Shown: in pieces, positions 13,745-27,544 of the stretch
How positions within the stretch are numbered: position 1 is the first letter of the stretch
Layout of the letters: each line of letters opens with the position of its first letter
Source of the DNA: Tricharina praecox
Taxonomy: Eukaryota
Length of the DNA: 64,000 nt
Direction of reading: 5' to 3'
NCBI RefSeq assembly: GCF_024521635.1
Contig: NW_026250409.1
Coordinates: 186,001-250,000, forward strand
The notes under the pieces: generated by a model
What the model saw: the letters and a program-made list of their open reading frames with translations, nothing else
What the model was told of the DNA's origin: nothing
Database searches by the model: none
Program-made: the position numbers and the translations under genes

Positions 13745-14438
13745 TGTTGTGCCGTACTGCTGCTGGTGGTTGGGGGGAACTCTACAGTCTGCTGTCACTG
13801 GTGGATTCGCGATAGGTAGCCTAGCGTGAATCGCCAAGCTCCAGATGCGTTGTTTCGTCATCGGAACTTGCCGCCCGGGGGAGGGGGCGGGAATGGGGAG
13901 GCTGGATTACGCACGCGAGGTGATTACACACGTCGTCACTCGTCCATTGCCGCTCAACCCACGAGCTTTTAAGCCATATCACCACCGCCCCCTCTTCGAG
14001 TGCTGCGATCTACATGTATCTCTGGGGAGGGCAAGGTGGAGGGCAGAGCAAGTTACGATGGGCTTCTGACGAGAGCCGGGTTGGAAAGTGGATATGGAAA
14101 CGGAGCGTGTATAGGTATTGCTATGATCCAGAATGAAGGTCGCAAGCAATCAATGATTAAACAAAAAATAATTACCACCACCGCCGCCGCCGCCATCATC
14201 ATTTCGTTCTAGTGAATGGCAAAGGTAATACACCAAGTGCTTCAAGGTAACTAACGCCCCTCGCCAGCCAGCAAGACAAGACAAGACAAGACAAAGCAAA
14301 CACAAGCACAAAAAACCCAAGCCTGTAAAACCCCAATCATAAACGTAGAACAAAAGCATATGAAAGTGAAAAGAGCCGCCCCAGTATTCTTCACCAGATC
14401 TCAATACAATGTCACATCCTAGGTATGTAGAATTTACA

Positions 14439-16216
14439 TCACATCATCATGCTGGACATCAGCGAGTTCTGCGCGTACGCCATGGGCTTGATGTTGGGAT
14501 GCGGGACGGCATCGAACACGTTGTGCTGCAGCTTGTAGTCTGGGCCGATGTTGATGTACGCACCCTTGTTGCCCGAGGTGTCGACGTAGTTGGGCGCCGA
14601 GAAGACTATTCCCACCTGTATTAGCTGCTGCCGTGGAAAGGAATGACTGGATAGGTAGTCTTACCAGTGATACACCGTCCATCGTGCTCGACCTCGTATC
14701 CCTCCATGCGAACCTCATGGGATCGGATAATAGCCTCCAGGCCATTACGCTCACAGAACCTCTTGGTGACATCCGGGCCAAACTGGAGTCCGACTCCACG
14801 CTTACTTGGCCCTCTGCCAGGCATGGTCTGGGGATCCGTCCAGAGCATTTCCATCATCAAACCCTCCTGCCCTGGCTGCCTCTGCTTATGTCTGTCCAAC
14901 GCCCGGACGTCATCCAGGGTAATCTCGTCATCCGAGAAGAGGCCTCCGTGCAGGACGAGGTACTTCGCGCCGATGAGGGTGGCGAGCGGGAGAGCGCTGA
15001 AGGACTCGGAGAAGAGTTTGAAGGTCCGCTCGTTGTACTTGGCCTTGCACTCGCCTTCGAAACCGTACACGCGGTTCATGTCGTCCGTTTCGTGGTTACC
15101 GCGGTTCAGGAAGAAGTTGGTTGGGTAGAGGAGCTTGTAGCTGTAGAGGAGCAGTGCGATCTCGGTCGACCATGAGCCGCGGTCTACGAAGTCGCCGTTG
15201 AAGAGGTATGCGTGTGTCTCGGAGGGGTAACCATTGCGGTTGAAGATCTCGAGGAGGTCGAAGTATTGTCCTTCGCCGCTGCGTCAGCTCATACCCACCA
15301 CACAACACATACAACCCAACACAAGTGACAGTACCATGAGTATCTCCGCAGACGGTCATCTTCTTTCCCTGCTCAATCGTAACCTCGGGCATAGTCGGCT
15401 CATTATAGAAGACCTCCTTCGCCTTGATGATGATCTGGTAGACGTATTTCCTGTGAAGCTTTTTACCATCTTTAAAGCGCTGGATCATGTCCTCGACGAA
15501 CTCCTTTGTCATCTCATTGCCCAGACGGACACCGTCGTAGTCCAGTTCCACCACTGGCCAGTTAGCCACACACACGTTCCCTCGAGCACACACGAAGAGC
15601 ACGAACCCATGGAGTTCAAATCCAGTCCTTCGGCTGCGGACGGCGGATCACCAACTTCAATTGCCTTCATGAAAGATATTTTGCGGACGATCTTCTCGCA
15701 CTCCTGCATCTTGAGTCTGGCATCCTTATCATGCGGCACTTTTCACCGTCAGCATCCGTCCCATCCCCCATCTCACACTCTCCAAGAGCCTCACCCTGTC
15801 TACACACCGCCCGGAAGTCCTTCAGCGCATCCGCGTACTTCATGACGGCCAAGTACGACACGGCACGGCGGTAGTAAGCCTTGATGTATTTAGGGTCGAG
15901 CTCGATAGCCTTGGATGCATCGGCAATCGCAAGGCCGAATTCCTCCAACTTGATGTGACTCTGCCAGATATAAGCACCCACCCACCACAGCCCGGGGAAG
16001 GGGAAGTAGGTACGTGAGCACGGTTGGAGTAGAATACAGCCACCGTGGGATCTAGCTCGATGGCTTTATCGTAGCAGTCAATTGCTTCCTGTCCGGGTTG
16101 TTAAGTCCGCGTCTCTCTCTTGCAGTGGGAGCAACGAAACATACCCGCCAGTCCTTCTTCGCGATAGCGGCATTTCCCTTGTTCTTCATCGCCACGGCAT
16201 CTTCAGCAGCCGACAT
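14439..16216 (-). CDS. PPT1: Serine/threonine protein phosphatase 5 (TPR + PPP domain)
   Basis: N-terminal TPRs ([23 protein letters not shown]); PPP motifs GDTHGQ, GDFVDRG, RGNHE, HGGLF and SAPNY; C-terminal KPMAYA. Confidence 0.95.
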
Positions 16217-16887
16217 GATTGCTTCTGTACTAATATCCTATTGCTGGAAGAAGTTCGTGAAGGGGGATTGACGGTGGTGGGTGCTTGTTTGGTGGAAGCA
16301 AAGAAGCAGAAAGTTAACTCTAGGTATGGTGGATGGTGGGGTTTGGCTTAAGATGCGGCGGCGGCAAGCATTCTGGTTAGCGGGGCACGGGACCAAATTT
16401 CTTGTGGATTACTCTGCACGCGATCTACAACACTTGCTTCCTTTCCACCCAGCTTTTTACGCCTACCATACGTATTCCATGGAACAAATGAGACTTCATC
16501 ATGTAAGGGCAATCGCTTACTGGCGTGATGTCATGTTTATTCCCTGAGCAGTTCACCGTTAACAGTTAACACTGATGGATAGTATGTAGACGGATGTCAT
16601 GGCTTTTTTGTTTTCTTTTTTCACTTGGACGATCACATACAAGGCGTATATTATACACCTAGATTGAGGTTATAAAGACAACGCCATTAATTCCATTCGT
16701 TTAACCGACCAAGGCACCCTATGCGATAAAAAGTAGGTACAAGTACAAGTACAAGAATCATGAAATATAAAGCCCAGTCAATCCTCATCAAATAGCAGCA
16801 TGAACGAAATGATCGTAAAGTCCACCCAACGCCAAAAACGCCCCAACAGAGAAGAAAGGAAGAAACTGTATGACATCTGATGGTCAT

Positions 16888-18157
16888 TTATCGCATGGTA
16901 ATAGCCGGAAAGAAGCGTCTTCCGACCCAGCCATAGGCGCCGATGAACTCTGCGGCAGATGTCAGCCAGTTGATCTCCAGACCCTCGGAAGCCGCAGGAC
17001 AAACCTATGTCGATGTTCTTCTGATCCGGCGTGGCGAAGAACTTTGCGAGGATGTACCTTCCAGAGCTGCCTACACGTTAATATGTGCCATCGGAGGGTA
17101 GTGAGGGTTCACGTACATCGCCGGTTCGAAGTTGATTACGCATTTAGACTTCCTGTCCTTATGGCTGAAAATAGCATTCGGGTCCAGCAGCTGCGCCGGG
17201 GGTGGACGAGACTGATTGATCTGCTCATCCAGATTCACCCAAAGAGGCGACGCCGAAGGCGGACTGGCGGTCGTGCCGGTGCCTCTCGGCGGCAGTTGAC
17301 CGGCTCCACGGTGGAACTGAGAGCCCCAAGCTATTGGGATCACCGGGCTGTACGGCTCCGTGTCTGCTTCATTGGACGGACCACTCGGGTCAGGGCCCAG
17401 AACGTAGGACTCGTCGTCACTGCTGTCGTCGCACTCGTCGTCGTCCGTCTCGTAGCGCACCGTGTAGCTTGTGCGGTGCAAGAGGTCGGCGTCCTCCATG
17501 GTCACAAAGATCATTCCGGCACGGACACTGTTCGGAATTGGTTACACATATTTTCTGGAGAAGAGGAGCAGGCAGCAAACACGTACGGAGAAGTGTAACC
17601 AGTAGAAGGTGCACGAATGACGAGTTTCTGCAGAGAAAAGCACTCGCCGTTGACATGGCGTAGGATCATGTTGCAGCGCGAGTTCTTTGTGCAATAAACT
17701 TGAAACACGCGCCATTGTCAGCCAAGTGCATGCTGTGCGTATATGGAAGGCTCAAAGTACCACTCGAATCGTCACGGAGCGCACATTCCGGGCTATAGTC
17801 TCCAGTGTATGTACGTCCATCATATCTACCACCATCACAGTACCTCAATTCCATAGGCAACTGTTCCATCTCAACCTGACCAGTCCGCTCAGTGCGACGG
17901 CGTTTGCTGGAAGGTTCATCTGATGAGGCCACCACGGGAGTAGAAACCGAAAGGTTGCTGGTAGCGATGTGGCGCGCGAGATTGAACAATGGGCGCCTAT
18001 TAATTGGACTGCTATTACCGCCGCCGACGCCGCCGCCGCCGCCGCCGTTACTGTTGCTGTTGCCGGCACTGCCATTTCGAGATAGATCCCACGAGCGGCG
18101 GTATTCACCGTGACGGTTCTGGCGAGTAGCATTACGACGCATAAGGGCCGCAGTCAT
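16888..18157 (-). CDS. Conserved fungal uncharacterised protein, probable galactose-binding-like/discoidin beta-sandwich, about 5 exons
   Basis: Spliced frame: LPMELRYCDGG...YSPECALRDDSS-VYCTKNSRCNMILRH...FSLQKLVIRAP...GMIFV, an acidic insert, then INFEP..SGRYILAKF...NIDIEFIGAYGWVGRRFFPAITMR*. The fold assignment is inference. Confidence 0.7.
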
Positions 18158-20093
18158 GACTCTAGACTGACCAGGCGAGGGCTGAACGTCCGCGCGGACA
18201 TCGGAGAGTCGAATGCTGGAGTAGTCGGGTGGCGGTGGTTGGAGATTACTCTGTTTTCAGATCAGCTCACGGACTGAGAAAAGTGCGGGTGTTCTCAAAG
18301 GTAAAAGTTGTACCATGACTGCGAGATTGATGAATCCCTCGAGTGCAGGCACTGAGTCGGGGAAAGCGAGTTTCGAACGGTCTTGCGCAGAGGAAGTTTG
18401 AATGAAGGGTCAAGTGTAGGTATGTTGGCAGGAATGGGAATGCTTGACTGCCAGGTAGGAGTATGTAGGTTCGGGAACTGGAAGCTTCTTTGAAAAGTAT
18501 GGGAGGAGCTTTGTTTCGATTGAAGCGACCGTGTTATACTGCCAAGTGGTCGGGTGGGTGTATGTATATGGCCCCAGGGAACTAATATGGAGACGGCAAG
18601 GGAAATATAGCAGAAGTTCCGCGGTGGTTGAGGGTCAGAGATACGGAGGCGTCTGCAGGTGGGATGAGCACGGGTGTACTAGTGGACTAGCGAAGATGCG
18701 GGTGCGGTCGCATAGCTATTCCATGTAAGCTGAAGTGCAGAGTAGATAACCGTGTGGAATATGTTTTTGAGTTGAGGTTTTGAAGGAGAGAGTGTTTGTT
18801 TGTTCGAGTTGTACAGAGAAGAATGAGGAGGAGGAGGAGGTAGAGGAGGAGACGGAGGTGGGCAGAGGGTGGAAGCTGCGCGCAATTGCTTTGTATTCCG
18901 ACAGTCGACCTCTCAACGGCTGCCAGGACTACTAGTAAACCCGAATGCCGAGATGCGGCAGTAGCCAAGCCACAGCGGCGATGCACATGCAAGCCACCGC
19001 TACACAGAAGACTGCCGCCACAACCTACAATTACACCATCCACCTCAAACCATCCATCTCAAACCATTCACCTCGAACCATCAATATGGTTCACGCTGTG
19101 TATCCCAGCCTCCGCCGCTGTTGGGCCCTGTTGCTGTCAGAGACGTCGTGTCCCCGAGGAGCGAGCAAGGATGGAAATAAAGGCAGAGAGTGAGTTGACA
19201 TAGTAGGGATGTACTCTGTAGCCTTCTCGTCAGGTGTCAAAGGCCCACGCTCACCTATACCGATGCCACATTCACATGTCCATTGCCTCGAAGGCTCTTC
19301 GATCCGATTTGAATGTCATTTCCGTTTCGGACATCTTGGAGTGTCTGGTCGAAGGCAATTCGTCAATATCAACGCCGCAAACAGACACCCTCTTCGCCGC
19401 ATTGTGGATTCTGCTGAACAACACTGAGAAAATCTGTGCGGCCGCCTCCCTTTCGCGGATGCCTGCGGCAGAGCTTACATGTATCCCCCTACCGCTCCCG
19501 CTGCCGCGCTTGATAGCATTACCGGTAGAGTAATGCTGTCCGGCTCAGGAATGTGTCGGCGTTAAACATTGCGGCATTACGGGTATGCGTGCGTATAGAG
19601 TTCTCTTTCGGGAATGAAAAAAACATCCTCGTTGCTAGGATGCCTGGTCGGTATACAATGGGATAAGAATCGGCAGCAAAAGGAGACAGTTGGTGCGAAT
19701 ATTGATGCTTCTTTGCCAGTCTTTGACGGACAGCGCTCGTGTTTTCCTGGGGGATGGAAACCGGGCCCCCACCTCCACTGTGGATTTTACTGTGCCGTGA
19801 TCTTCCGTGTTTTGAACCCGCTGTAATCCACTTCCTCCTCAAGATCTTTCTCCGAATCCTAAATTCTCCAGGCAATAAACAGCACCTTTCAAACGCATTG
19901 CAATTTGTGGAATGGAAGCACCCAGAACCGCGATGCGCTCCGATTGGCTCACTCGGGCAAGCCGCATCAAGCTCTCTGATTGGGCGTTAGTGATGGCCAT
20001 AGCTCCATCGTGTTGCAACTTTCTTTTGAGCTCTCGTGAAAGTAGTTCCACAACCCACCTCATTCCCCACCACCAATAGAGAGAGATACGACG

Positions 20094-21525
20094 ATGGAGC
20101 CGGCAACCTTCAAAATCGACGAGATGGTTCCCCTAGTGGACCTTAACGAGCCCGCTGGCGCGACGGTGGCTGCAATGGTTACGTCGTCGACTATCTCCGC
20201 TGGTATGTAAAACTAAGACAAAAAAACAACTCTACGCGTAATGCTTGTGCTCTGACGCGACGCGATGCGATGAACAGATGAGGTTGCGCTCTATGATCGA
20301 CAGATCAGACTGTGGGGCATGGAGGCACAGGAGAGGTATATCCCTTCTTCCGAAAGCAATTCGGAGCAGGAAACCTAACTGTATAGAATGCGCAATGCCA
20401 ACGTCCTCATCATCACCATGCGTGCCCTAGCAAACGAGGTTGCAAAGAACTTAGTTTTGGCTGGAATAGGCTCCTTGACAGTCCTCGATTCGGAAGATGT
20501 TGTGGAGGATGATTTGGGTGCGCAGTTCTTCGTGTCGGAGGAGCACGTTGGAATTAACGTATGTTTGTGGAGCCTACTTCCCCTAGATGAAGCCGTATAC
20601 TGATGATACGATGATTCTTTAGAGAGCGATAGCTGCTGTTCCAACCATCCAGAAATTGAATCCTCGCGTTCGCGTGTACGCCGATGCCGGCAAGCTCCAC
20701 GACAAACCGACGGAGTACTTCAACGATTTCGACATCGTGATTGCTACGGAATTGGGTTTCAACGATATGGTCAGTCGTCTGCGCACCAGAGGAAATGAGA
20801 CAACTGGTTGATGGAGATTAGCATCTGATCAATGAAGCCACCCGCAAGTGGGGCATCCGTTTCTACGCTGCCGCAACTTACGGTCTTTACGGCTTCGTCT
20901 TTGCAGATCTGATCAGACACCAGTTCGTCCTGAAGCGTGTCAAGGCCAACAAACTCACGCAGTGTGGCAAGGAGACCCGTACGCGCAGCGTCGTCTCGAC
21001 CACGGAAACGAAGGAAGGCGCTACCGACTATGAGTTCGTCACGAAGGAGGAAATCTACTGCACATTGTCCGAAGCGGTGGCGTCCCGCCTCGAAAAGTCG
21101 TGGCGCCCCAAAAAACGCCATCAAGTCGGCTCCGTCCTGCCGGGTATCTTGGGGCTGTGGAAGTTTCAGCAGGAGTTCGGAAGACTGCCGGAATCCACAA
21201 AGGAGGATTACAAACAGTTCACCAAGTTGATGATCGAGACGGGCCAGGCGCTGGAAATGCCCCAGGAACTCGTCAGAGCGGACTTCATCAGGTCAGATCT
21301 ATCCCCCAACCGCTGCGGCCGCCGGACATGCTAACCCGCCGTAGACAATTCGTTGGCAACGTGTCGGCCGAGCTCTCCCCCGTTGCGGCCGTGCTCGGTG
21401 GTATCCTCGCGCAGGACGCCATCAACGTCTTGGGTAAGATGGAGCAGCCGATCCAGAATCTCTTGCTTTTCGACGGCGACACCAGCGAGGCGCCCATCAT
21501 CGTGTTGGCCCCACAAGAGGATTAA
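20094..21525 (+). CDS. AOS1: SUMO-activating enzyme E1 subunit Aos1/Rad31/SAE1
   Basis: ISADEVALYDRQIRLWGMEAQERMRNA; ALANEVAKNLVLAGIGSLT; LNPRV; ELSPVAAVLGGILAQDAIN. Six exons spliced in frame. Confidence 0.93.
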
Positions 21526-21795
21526 CTTGACGTTTGGTAGGGGAGGTATCTGGGTTGGAATTTACACACTTTACATGGCGCATCGTTCTTAGACGGATAA
21601 CTACGGTTGTATACTATACTTTACTTGCTTTGAGGGAGATTTCATTTCATGGGGATCACTGTCTTTTCGTATTCCATACCATTTTCTGCCATTCTAATAG
21701 TTTACACTGTTTGGTGAATCATGTTTCGGTGTTGGCTCGAACAAGGGTTGACGCCACACACCCGCCACAACACGGGCTAGATTCGGAAGCCGCAA

Positions 21796-21817
21796 GTAAT
21801 TTCGATTCTGTGATTGG
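21796..21817 (-). promoter_or_regulatory. CCAAT-binding complex:HapX bipartite motif (CSAAT-N12-RWT) upstream of SDH4
   Basis: Minus strand reads CCAAT-CACAGAATCGAA-ATT-AC, about 220 bp upstream of the SDH4 ATG. A second CCAAT box (ATTGG) lies at 21890-21894. Confidence 0.55.
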
Positions 21818-22035
21818 GCGTCGGATACATCCTCGGTTGTTGGTACCGTCATTCCGACCGACGACGGCTAGTGGGCGGAACAATAAACTATTGGCACCGC
21901 AGTCTAGCACTTTGAACTCACAAGACCACCATTCACCACCGGCACTTCCACTTCTTGACGAAGTTTCTCCCGTTCACCTCCGTGCTTTAAACAACAGCCT
22001 TTCTGGAGTCCACTCTCGCAACGAAAACTACAGTC

Positions 22036-22718
22036 ATGTCGCTCTTCCGTACCGCCGCCCCGCGCTTCATCTCCAAGCCGCTCCTCGCTGGCCCCCGCGT
22101 CGCTACTTTCCACACCTCCAAGAAGCTGCAGATTCTGCCCGTCGGGCCTCGTACGCTCCTCCGTTCCCCACATTATTTCAGTTACAGCAGCTAACCTCCC
22201 AGCAGAAGTGATAGATGGCACCAGTACGTCCCGGTCCCCTCGGCCTCTCCACCTCCACCTCCTCCGCCACCACCACGGCACGTGCTGACGCGAACAAACA
22301 CAAATAGTCAACGACCCCACACCGATTCCGGAGACGAGCCCCTCGCACGGTAGCTACCACTGGTCATTCGAGCGCCTGGTTTCGCTCGGTCTCGTACCGC
22401 TCACCATCGCGCCGTTCGCCGCCGGCTCGATGCATCCCATTGCCGACGCCGTCTTGGGTGCGACGATAGTCATGCATTCACACATCGGCTTCCAGTATGC
22501 TCCTTCAAGTTGCGCGGGGGAGGGAGAGAGCGAGTGTAGCTGACGACAGTAGGTCGTGTGTAATCGACTACTTCCCCAAGCGCAAATACCCCAAGTCCCT
22601 CAAGACCGCCAAGTGGACGCTCAACGCTGCCACCGTGCTGGTGCTCTACGGCCTGTACGAGTTCGAGACTAATGATGTGGGTATCACCGAGGGTGTCAAG
22701 AAGATCTGGACGGCTTGA
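22036..22718 (+). CDS. SDH4: Succinate dehydrogenase cytochrome b small subunit (CybS), 4 exons
   Basis: Mitochondrial presequence-like N-terminus; HGSYHWSFER, HSHIGFQSCVIDY and ETNDVGITEGVKKIW. Confidence 0.93.
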
Positions 22719-23355
22719 GCGCGAGGTGAAGGGCAGAAGGGAGTGTATCTTTAGTTTTTCTTGCACGCGTCTGCTTGCTGGGTTCGGCTGGGTGATTGGG
22801 GTTCAGAAAAGTCAAGGCTTATTTCAAAGCTTTTCATTTCGTGAAACCAGGCTGTGGACTGTGAATTGAATTGAACGGGCATCAATCCAACTTCAGTGGC
22901 TCCGATAGCGAGTGACAAATAGTGATATCCACGAGCTCCGTATCATCTCCAAAAACCACCGACTTCCAGCCCACATACTGATGAAGCTGCAGTTATTCCG
23001 CGTGCGCTGTTTATTGTGATATTGGCGGAGTTGTGGCGAGTTGCGGCCACCGCGGCCATCTGCCATATCGAGATGACCGGACCCCATGTTGCATGGGCCA
23101 GCTCGCCATGTGGCCGACGTACGATACGACCGGCATCTCACTAACCCCATAACTACCTGTGCACCTCTCACCTCCGTGCTCGACACCACAGCTCCCACAT
23201 CCACCATCACCACCGCTACCACCACCACCACCACCACCACCACTAACCGCCGCCGCCCCTGTGCAACGAACCTCGTCATACCTATACCCGCAATCCGACG
23301 AAACACACGGAACACGTACAGACCGGCTCCACGGCCACGCACCTCCTCGCCCGCC

Positions 23356-24889
23356 ATGATCTCTGGCGTCCTCTTCTTCAATCAAAAGGGCGAGAATCTC
23401 ATCTTCCGGCAATTCCGCAACGACTGTCAGCCATTCCTCCCTCCTATTTCCTCCCCCGTCCATCCATCCCCCCTAGCTCACACACACCCCCCTCCCAGGC
23501 CGCCCGCGCCTCTCCGACGTCTTCCGCATCCAGGTGATCTCGAATGCGCAAGTGCGCTCGCCCATCCTCACACTCGGCTCAACCACCTTCTCGCACGTCA
23601 AGCACGAGAACATCTACCTCGTGGCCGTTACTAAGAGCAATGCCAATGCAGCGCTGGTGTTCGAGTTCCTGTACCGCCTCATCACGCTGGGGAAGAGCTA
23701 CTTTGGGAAGTTTGACGAGGAGGCGGTGAAAAATAATTTCGTGCTGATATATGAGCTTCTCGATGGTGAGTGCACCAGATTGGCGGATATGGAGGAGGAG
23801 GAGGAGCAAGAGGGGAGGGCTGACAGAGTGGATGACAGAGATCCTCGACTTCGGCTACCCCCAGAACACGGAAACCGACACGTTAAAAATGTACATCACG
23901 ACGGAGGGTGTGAAGTCCGAGCGGAACGTCGTTGAGGACTCGACCAAGATCACGATGCAAGCGACGGGAGCGCTCTCCTGGCGGCGCGCCGACGTCAAAT
24001 ACCGCAAGAACGAGGCGTTCGTGGACGTGATCGAGGACGTGAACCTGCTGATGTCGGCGGGCGGCACGGTGCTGCGCGCCGACGTCAGCGGCCAGATCGT
24101 AATGCGCGCGTACCTCTCCGGCACTCCGGAGTGCAAATTCGGGCTGAACGACCGGCTGCTGCTCGATGGCGGCGAGCCGCAGCAGGGCGGGAACAAGACG
24201 GGGAGCGTGGGCACGGCGAAGACAACCACCCGTGCGGCGGCCGGCTCCGTCACCCTCGAGGACTGCCAGTTCCACCAGTGCGTCAAGCTCGGGAAGTTCG
24301 ATACCGATCGGATCATCAGTTTTGTCCCGCCCGACGGAGAGTTCGAGCTCATGCGCTACCGCGCGACAGAGAACGTCAACCTCCCGTTCCGCGTCCACGC
24401 CATCGTCAACGAGATCGGAAAGACAAAGGTCGAGTACCAAGTTGCCATCCGCGCAAACTACGGGACGAAGCTCTTCGCTACCAACGTCGTCGTCCGCGTG
24501 CCTACCCCGCTCAACACCGCCGGCATCCAGACGCGCACTTCCCAGGGAAAGGCGAAGTACGAGCCGTCGGAGAACTACATAGTCTGGAAGTAATTCGTCC
24601 CCTTCTTCCTCCTCCTCATGCCCCCCCTTTTCACTCCAGCTAACATCACAGAATCCCCCGCTTCACCGGCCAATCCGAATACGTCCTCAGCGCGGACGCG
24701 ACACTGACCTCGATGACGAACCAGAAGGCATGGTCTCGACCACCACTAAACCTAAGCTTCAGCCTGTTGATGTTTACATCCTCGGGACTGCTCGTGCGGT
24801 ACCTAAAGGTGTTTGAGAAGAGCAACTATTCCTCCGTAAAGTGGGTGAGGTATATGACAAGAGCTGGGAGCTACGAAATCCGGTTCTAG
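23356..24889 (+). CDS. APM4: AP-2 adaptor complex mu subunit
   Basis: [76 protein letters not shown]. Confidence 0.95.
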
Positions 24890-25354
24890 TGGAGGGGCGG
24901 AGGGGCAGAGGGGTGGAGGGGTGGAGGGGTTTCTGTTCTGCTCTGGGTGCGTGCGTGCATGTGTATTTTGTGGACATACGATCTTTGTAACTACTACATC
25001 CTACTCGGCTACTTGGCTACGAGATGGAGGGAGGGAGGGAAGGGAAGGAAGGGAAGGGAGGGAAGCGTGCGGGCGTTGGATGTTTCTGGTTCTTGTCTTT
25101 GGTGGTCTTTTTGGAGTGAATATGATACACTAATTGGAAGTTTACGAATGATCATCTTCGACCGTCTAATAAGTATCATATATCGTACTCATACACCCCC
25201 CTCAATCCCACCGATCATCCCAATAAAAGCAAACAAAATCCAACGCCTGTAATGCCCACCCCGTCAAGATTATCATACCCTCCCACATCCGTTAAAAAGA
25301 AATACAATTAGTTAAAAAAAGATTCAAATTGAAGCTCATCACCCCCGCCCCCCG

Positions 25355-26772
25355 CTATACGTCCTCGAAATCGACCTCCTCGTCACTATCCTCCTCTTTC
25401 ACCACCTCCACCTTCTTCTCCGGCTCCTCAGTCTTGACCCTCTTTCCGAGGGGCTGCTCATCCTCCTCGCTCTCACCATTATTGGCGGGGGTGCCAGTGG
25501 CCGTGGCGGCATTGGTGGCGGGAGCGCTGACAATATCCAGGTCCTCAAACTCCTCGTCCTCGTCCTCGTCGCCGTCGTCGCTGTCGTCGTCTTCCAGCTC
25601 GTCGGCCTCCTCCTGCGCCTTCTGGGCGGCCAGGGCGGCGTAGTATTGTGCGATTGCTTGGTGATGTTAGTAGGTGTAGCTCACTGGGAGAAAAAGGGAG
25701 AAGTGGTGGGTTCCTACCATCGCCGCCACTACCTTCCTCTTGCACGTCCCGCTTCTCCTCCGCCTCCGCCTCCTTGCGCGCAAGGCCAATGCCGTCGCGC
25801 TCCCGCGCCGCCCGCTCCCCGGCCTCCTTGATCCCCGCGTTCGTGATCTGGCCGGGAATAACAGTGCTCTGCGTGTGCCACACCGGCAGCGCGTTCTTCT
25901 CCGCCTGCTGCTGTTTCCTGAGCTGCTCCGCGCGCAGTTCATCGGCGGTCTTCTCGCTGGAGCTAGTGATCGAGATCTCAATAGCCTGCTGCTGTGCGGG
26001 CCGTCCAGCGCCGCCCTTGCCACCATTAACGGGGACGAACTGGGCACTTGACAGCGAGTTCTTATCGCGGGGTACGGGGACGGAGTTGGCAATGGCGTTG
26101 TCAAAGTCGTTCAGTGGGATCTGCACAGTGTCGACTTCGCGGAGGAAGCGCTCGATCTTCTCGATCTGTCTATTCATACGCTGGATCTTCTCGTGGCCCA
26201 GCTTAGTTTCCGTCGACTCCTCGTCGTCGACGAGCGCGTTGCTGCATCGGTCGCACAGGAATAGCCCCGCCTCGTCGAATTCCAGCGTGACTGCGTCTAA
26301 AAGCGCGAACCGCTTGCTGCAGTGCGGACATACGTACCCTTTCGTCTCTGCCCCGTTGTTGACGCTGCGACGTACTAGTTCGGCGAGCTTGTACACCCGG
26401 TACTTGATCCCGTCGATCGTGCTGCGGAACTCGATGTAGTAGTACGTTCGGTTGACCGGTCGCTGCTGCCCATCTTTCTGTTCGGGGCGCGAGTGACTGC
26501 CCCAACACCCAACAACCAGAGTCAGCCGCATAGCTAGCACGGAGGAGAGGGAGGGACGGGGAGGGGGGAACGTACACGGCTAGCATACGGTCCTCCTTAA
26601 GCTTTCCGCACAGCTTGTGGACGTCTTTGGTCACGAGGCCGAGAAGCTTCGCCAGCTCGTCGTCGCGCAGCGCGTTGTGGACCATTAGCGCATCGAGAAC
26701 GAGGATGTGGCGCGTGTCGTAGAACGCCCGGGCGACGGTCTTGACGAGGGATTTCGCTATGTCGAGGGACAT
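25355..26772 (-). CDS. TFA1: Transcription initiation factor TFIIE alpha subunit
   Basis: LVKTVARAFY winged-helix start; IDGIKYR; zinc ribbon CPHC...CDRC; NALPVWHTQSTV; acidic C-terminus ending DFEDV*. Confidence 0.93.
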
Positions 26773-27544
26773 CGTTGGTGTCGGCGTGGGGGGTGCAGGG
26801 TGGAGGGTGGAGGAGGATTGTAAATGGGGGAGATGGGGGAGGAGCGCTCTGGTAGGTGTTTTGAGTTGGACGTGAACGTGGAGAGCTGGAAGTCGATGTT
26901 TGAGGTGGAGGGGACGTGTAGAGTTGAGACACGCGCTTAAAGAGATGGCATCGAACTACTCTACAGAGCACACGTGTTCTGGCGATTGCTCAAACGTAGT
27001 CGCGCGAGAGTGAATCACACCTAGAGTGAATCAAGCCTCGAAGTGAATCAGAGCACGCTGAATCGCCCACCACCACCAAACTCAATCGAGATGAGAATTC
27101 TGTGCTATTCCTTAAGCCTCGAGTTCCGGCCCGCTTCCAAGTCCTAGCGCACTTCCGGTGCGATGCCAAAGAACTCAGGCTTAAGAACTTCCAAGTTTCA
27201 CCACTTCCACCATTGATGCCGCAAAACCGCAAAGGCACCCCAGATTCATGGTTCTGAGAAAAGGCCGTATGTATGCACATGTAGAGACCACCCTCTAAGA
27301 CTCTCCTCCTCAGCTTCCTCCCCAGCAACCGTTAAAACTATAAAACCACAAGGAAAGCTCAGTTCCTACCTACCGTGTTCCATCGTCGTGTGCAAGCATA
27401 ACAATCATAGCAATCAACACCTACCTCCTACCGACCTACGTAGCACACAATTCTCATCTCTCGCCTCTCACCTCGACTGGCTTTGGTGGTGGTGGTGATA
27501 GTAATGGTAGTGGTAGTGGTGGCAGACGATTCATCACGCTCCGA

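Noticed and set aside
19200..19900. Short ORFs upstream of AOS1
   Set aside because: No domain, splice structure or consistent frame to support a gene.
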